Assembly: GCA_023229115.1 (NCBI GenBank)
Contig: JALNZW010000002.1
Location: forward strand, 17,513 to 81,512
Source: Patescibacteria group bacterium
GTDB taxonomy: Bacteria; Patescibacteriota; Patescibacteriia; Patescibacteriales; UBA12465
Length of the DNA: 64,000 bases
Direction: 5' to 3'
Below, in pieces: positions 60,788 through 64,000 of this stretch (its first letter is position 1; each line of letters begins with the position of its first letter). The position numbers were made by a program, and so were the translations under genes. The notes below the pieces were generated by a model that was not told where the DNA came from, searched no databases, and was given only the letters and a program-made list of their open reading frames with translations.

Positions 60788-63700
60788 TTATTCTTTATTT
60801 TCGATCACAGGAAGAGAGCCTTCATTATAAATTTGCTCATCAGCATTATTTATTTTTTCAATATCATTATTATTTTTTACTTCTTCTTCTGGATCTTCTT
60901 CTATTTTTTGCCCCCCTAAAAGATCAACATTTAATCCCAAGCCTTTTAATTCTCTAATTAAAACATTAAATGATTCTGGCACGTTTAACTTCTGAATTTC
61001 TTCTCCTTTAATAATTGATTCATAAGCTTTACTTCTGCCAGTAACATCGTCCGATTTAATAGTTAACATTTCTTGTAAAGTATGAGAAGCACCATAGCCT
61101 TCCAGCGCCCAAACTTCCATTTCTCCAAATCTTTGTCCACCAAACTGAGCCTTACCACCCAAAGGTTGTTGAGTAATTAAGGAATATGGACCAATAGATC
61201 TTTGATGAATCTTATCTTCAACCATGTGATTAAGCTTCAACATATATTTATAACCAACAGTAACTCTATTTTCGTAAGACTCTCCTGTTCGTCCATCATA
61301 TAAAGTCACCTTGCCATCTTCGGCAAAGCCAGCTTTTTTTAATTCTTGTTTAATTTGTTCTTCGGTAATACCATTAAGAGCTGGAGTAGCAACATTATAT
61401 CCCAATGTCTTGGCAGCTAGACCCATATGAGTTTCAAGCAATTGCCCGAAGTTCATACGAGAAATAATTCCTAAAGGAGATAGAATAATATCAATTGGAG
61501 TTCCATCCTCCATATGAGGCATATCTTCAACTGGAACAATTTTAGAAATAACGCCTTTGTTTCCATGACGACCAGACATTTTATCTCCAACTTGGATTTT
61601 CCTTAAATTAGCAATAGATACTTGAACTGATTTTAAAACACCAGCCTCCAGTCTATCACCAGCATCACGTGAAAAAACTTTAACATCAATAACCTTCCCA
61701 TGTTCGCCATGCTCCAAATAAAGAGATGAGTCTCTAACATCTTTAGCTTTGTCACCAAAAATAGCTCGAAGCAATCTTTCTTCGGCACTTAATTTGGTTT
61801 CACCTTTAGGTGTAATTTTACCAACCAAAATATCGCCACTAGAAACTTCGGCTCCAATTCTAATAACACCATCTTCGTCTAAATTCTTTAATTTTTCTTC
61901 AGAAATGTTAGGTATATCATTAGTAATAACCTCTGAACCAAGTTTAGTATCACGAACATCAATCTTATAATTTTCAATTTGAATAGAAGAATAAACATCT
62001 TCCTTTACTAATCTCTCAGAAATAATAACAGCGTCTTCATAGTTATAACCATCCCAAGTCATAAAAGCTACCAAAACATTTTTACCCAAGGCTAATTCAC
62101 CATTACTAATGGCTGGACCATCAGTTAAAACTTGCCCTTTTTTTACTTTTTCACCTAAATCAACAATTGGTTTTTGGTTAATACAAGTTAGGAAGTTAGA
62201 TCTTAAAAACTTAGTTAAATTATATTTTTTTATTTTTCCTTTACTATTTTTAACTTCAATATTTAAAGAATCAACTTTTTCTATAACACCATCTTCTTCG
62301 GCAATGATAACGTGACCAGAATCAATAGCAGCTCGACGCTCAATGCCAGTACCAACAACTGGAGCTTCTGTTTTAACCAAAGGAACAGCTTGACGTTGCA
62401 TGTTTGTTCCCATTAAAGATCTTTGTCCATCGTTATGTTCCATAAAAGGAATAAGTGATGTCGCGATAGAAACAATCTGGTTAGGGGCAACACCAACAAA
62501 GTCAATTTCTTTCATGGTAACAGTTTCTGGTTTTCCGCCTCTTCTACCAGGATAAGTTTCAATTAAAAATTTATTATTATTATCAAGAGGAATGGTGGCA
62601 TCAACTACAACATATTTTTCTTCTTCAAAAGAATCCAAATAAACTATTTCGTCACTAACCACTGGGCCTTTTTTATCCTTAATAACTTTTTTATATGGAG
62701 CCTCTAAAAAGCCATAATTATTTAATCTAGCATAGCTAGCCAAATGACCAACTAATCCAATGTTTGGACCCTCTGGAGTAGCAATAGGGCAAATACGACC
62801 ATAGTGAGTAGTGTGCACATCTCTAACATCAAAACCAGCCCTTTCCCTGGTTAAACCTCCAGGACCCATAGCCGATAATCTTCTCTTATGTTCCAACTCA
62901 GCCAAAGGATTTGTTTGATCCATAAACTGTGACAATTGAGATGACATAAAGAACTCTCTTACCACGGCAATAACTGGTCTAGCGTTTATAAGCTTGTTAG
63001 GGTTTAAAGTTTCAATATCAGCGATACTCATTTTGTCTTTGATAATTCTTTCCATTCTAGCAAAACCAACCCTCAATCTATTTTGAACCAAGCCACCAAC
63101 AGCCCTCACCCTTCTGTTTCCAAGATGATCAATATCATCTTCTGGTTCTTTAGTTATATTTAATCTAATTATTTCTTTAACAATATTTAACAAATCTTCT
63201 TTTCTTAAAATTCTATTTTCTTTATTAATAGGTAAGTTTTCATCAAACCTCCTATTTAATTTATAACGACCGACTCTACCAAAATCATAACGATCGAAGC
63301 GAAAAAACATGTTTTCAATTAACTGTTTAACATTTTTATCATCAGCCAAATCACCTGGTCTTACTCTTCTGTAAACTTCTTGCAAGCCTTCAACTTGATT
63401 TTTAGCTAAGTCTTTTTTGATAGTAGCTTCTATATAACCAACTTCATCTTCACTTTTTACAAGATCAACGTCTTTAAAAATTTTTAACAATTCTTCATCA
63501 GTTTCATAACCAAAAGCTCGAAGCAAAGAAGTAACCGCCACTTTTCTTTTCCTATCTATTCTAACCCAAAGAACCTTATTTGCATCAGTCTCAATTTCTA
63601 ACCAAGCACCTCTATTTGGAATTATTTTTGCACCATAGTATTTTTTACCCTTAATATACTCAGAGGTAAACATAACTCCAGCACTCCTAATTAACTGAGA

Positions 63701-64000
63701 AACTACAACCCTTTCAATTCCGTTAATTATAAAAGTTCCCCTATTAGTCATTAAAGGAAAATCACCCAAATAAACTTCTTGAGATATTTCTTTATTATTT
63801 TTTTTGTTTTTTAAAATGGCCTTTACTCTAAGAGGGGCTTCATAGGTAATGTTTTTATCACGACTTTCAATTTCATCAAATTTTGGCTTATCTAAATAAT
63901 AGTCTCCAAAATAAAGCTCTAATTCACGATTATTAAAATCAATAATTGGTGAAATTTCATCAAGTAGTTCAGTTAAACCCTCTTTTAAAAACCAATTATA
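60788..64000 (-). CDS. rpoB: DNA-directed RNA polymerase subunit beta (N-terminus beyond window end)
   Basis: The frame stays open upstream of the track's TTG at 63769 (..APLRVKAILKNKKNNKEISQEVYLGDFPLMTNRGTFIINGIERVVVSQL..) to base 64000. Conserved motifs throughout (GRHGNKGVISK, NMQRQAVPL). Confidence 0.97.
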   Translation of the reverse strand, partial: YNWFLKEGLTELLDEISPIIDFNNRELELYFGDYYLDKPKFDEIESRDKNITYEAPLRVKAILKNKKNNKEISQEVYLGDFPLMTNRGTFIINGIERVVVSQLIRSAGVMFTSEYIKGKKYYGAKIIPNRGAWLEIETDANKVLWVRIDRKRKVAVTSLLRAFGYETDEELLKIFKDVDLVKSEDEVGYIEATIKKDLAKNQVEGLQEVYRRVRPGDLADDKNVKQLIENMFFRFDRYDFGRVGRYKLNRRFDENLPINKENRILRKEDLLNIVKEIIRLNITKEPEDDIDHLGNRRVRAVGGLVQNRLRVGFARMERIIKDKMSIADIETLNPNKLINARPVIAVVREFFMSSQLSQFMDQTNPLAELEHKRRLSAMGPGGLTRERAGFDVRDVHTTHYGRICPIATPEGPNIGLVGHLASYARLNNYGFLEAPYKKVIKDKKGPVVSDEIVYLDSFEEEKYVVVDATIPLDNNNKFLIETYPGRRGGKPETVTMKEIDFVGVAPNQIVSIATSLIPFMEHNDGQRSLMGTNMQRQAVPLVKTEAPVVGTGIERRAAIDSGHVIIAEEDGVIEKVDSLNIEVKNSKGKIKKYNLTKFLRSNFLTCINQKPIVDLGEKVKKGQVLTDGPAISNGELALGKNVLVAFMTWDGYNYEDAVIISERLVKEDVYSSIQIENYKIDVRDTKLGSEVITNDIPNISEEKLKNLDEDGVIRIGAEVSSGDILVGKITPKGETKLSAEERLLRAIFGDKAKDVRDSSLYLEHGEHGKVIDVKVFSRDAGDRLEAGVLKSVQVSIANLRKIQVGDKMSGRHGNKGVISKIVPVEDMPHMEDGTPIDIILSPLGIISRMNFGQLLETHMGLAAKTLGYNVATPALNGITEEQIKQELKKAGFAEDGKVTLYDGRTGESYENRVTVGYKYMLKLNHMVEDKIHQRSIGPYSLITQQPLGGKAQFGGQRFGEMEVWALEGYGASHTLQEMLTIKSDDVTGRSKAYESIIKGEEIQKLNVPESFNVLIRELKGLGLNVDLLGGQKIEEDPEEEVKNNNDIEKINNADEQIYNEGSLPVIENKE

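Noticed and set aside
1-64000. CRISPR arrays, IS elements, integrases, prophage or known defence systems; a DGR template repeat or reverse transcriptase
   Set aside because: None was found on either strand. The only dispersed repeats are the short palindromic units and the AATAATC-type leader motif.

Overview
AT-rich (by eye roughly one-third GC), very gene-dense window with short intergenic gaps, as expected for a small-genome, probably host-dependent bacterium. The gene content suggests Candidate Phyla Radiation / Patescibacteria, but that is inference. The relevant genes are several type IV pilin-like proteins, a DUF5667-type membrane protein next to an ECF-like sigma factor, a VirB2/TrbC-like mini-pilin, a lamin-tail-domain protein, a C-terminally short pyruvate kinase and an orphan family-5 solute-binding protein. 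Core content: rpoB(partial)-rpoC-pth, pheS-pheT-trpS, infC-rpmI-rplT-secG, smpB plus tmRNA, five tRNAs (Gly-GCC, Leu-UAA, Glu-UUC, Val-GAC, Ile-UAU), tig, membrane pyrophosphatase, nusA, RNase J, rarA, a UvrD-type helicase-nuclease, dprA-topA, ychF, htpX-lemA and pyk. A CsoR-family repressor sits ahead of trxA-gdh-trxB. I saw no CRISPR array, transposase, integrase, rRNA, prophage or recognisable defence island. Main leads: (1) Three type IV pilin paralogs share one pilin domain. Two of them carry large lectin-fold cargo domains (beta-propeller repeats + DUF1566-like; FISUMP-like). Both of these are preceded by the same conserved cassette, a sigma70-like promoter bracketed by oppositely oriented copies of a palindromic repeat. 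One of the two is interrupted by TAA exactly at the invariant Glu+5 codon. (2) TGA is never used as a stop (0 of 53 CDS ends) or in frame as sense. (3) Genes lack Shine-Dalgarno sequences except one GC-shifted orphan that has its own promoter, GGAGG and terminator. (4) There is an orphan promoter-hairpin-U-tract small RNA candidate and a second GC-rich structured intergenic block. (5) An SBP-split ion channel (GluR0-like) has no signal peptide. (6) A His-less CsoR/CstR-like repressor has its operator inside its own promoter, ahead of the thioredoxin genes. All coordinates were derived by hand from the sequence and cross-checked against ORF-track ends. Small RNA and regulatory calls are hypotheses.
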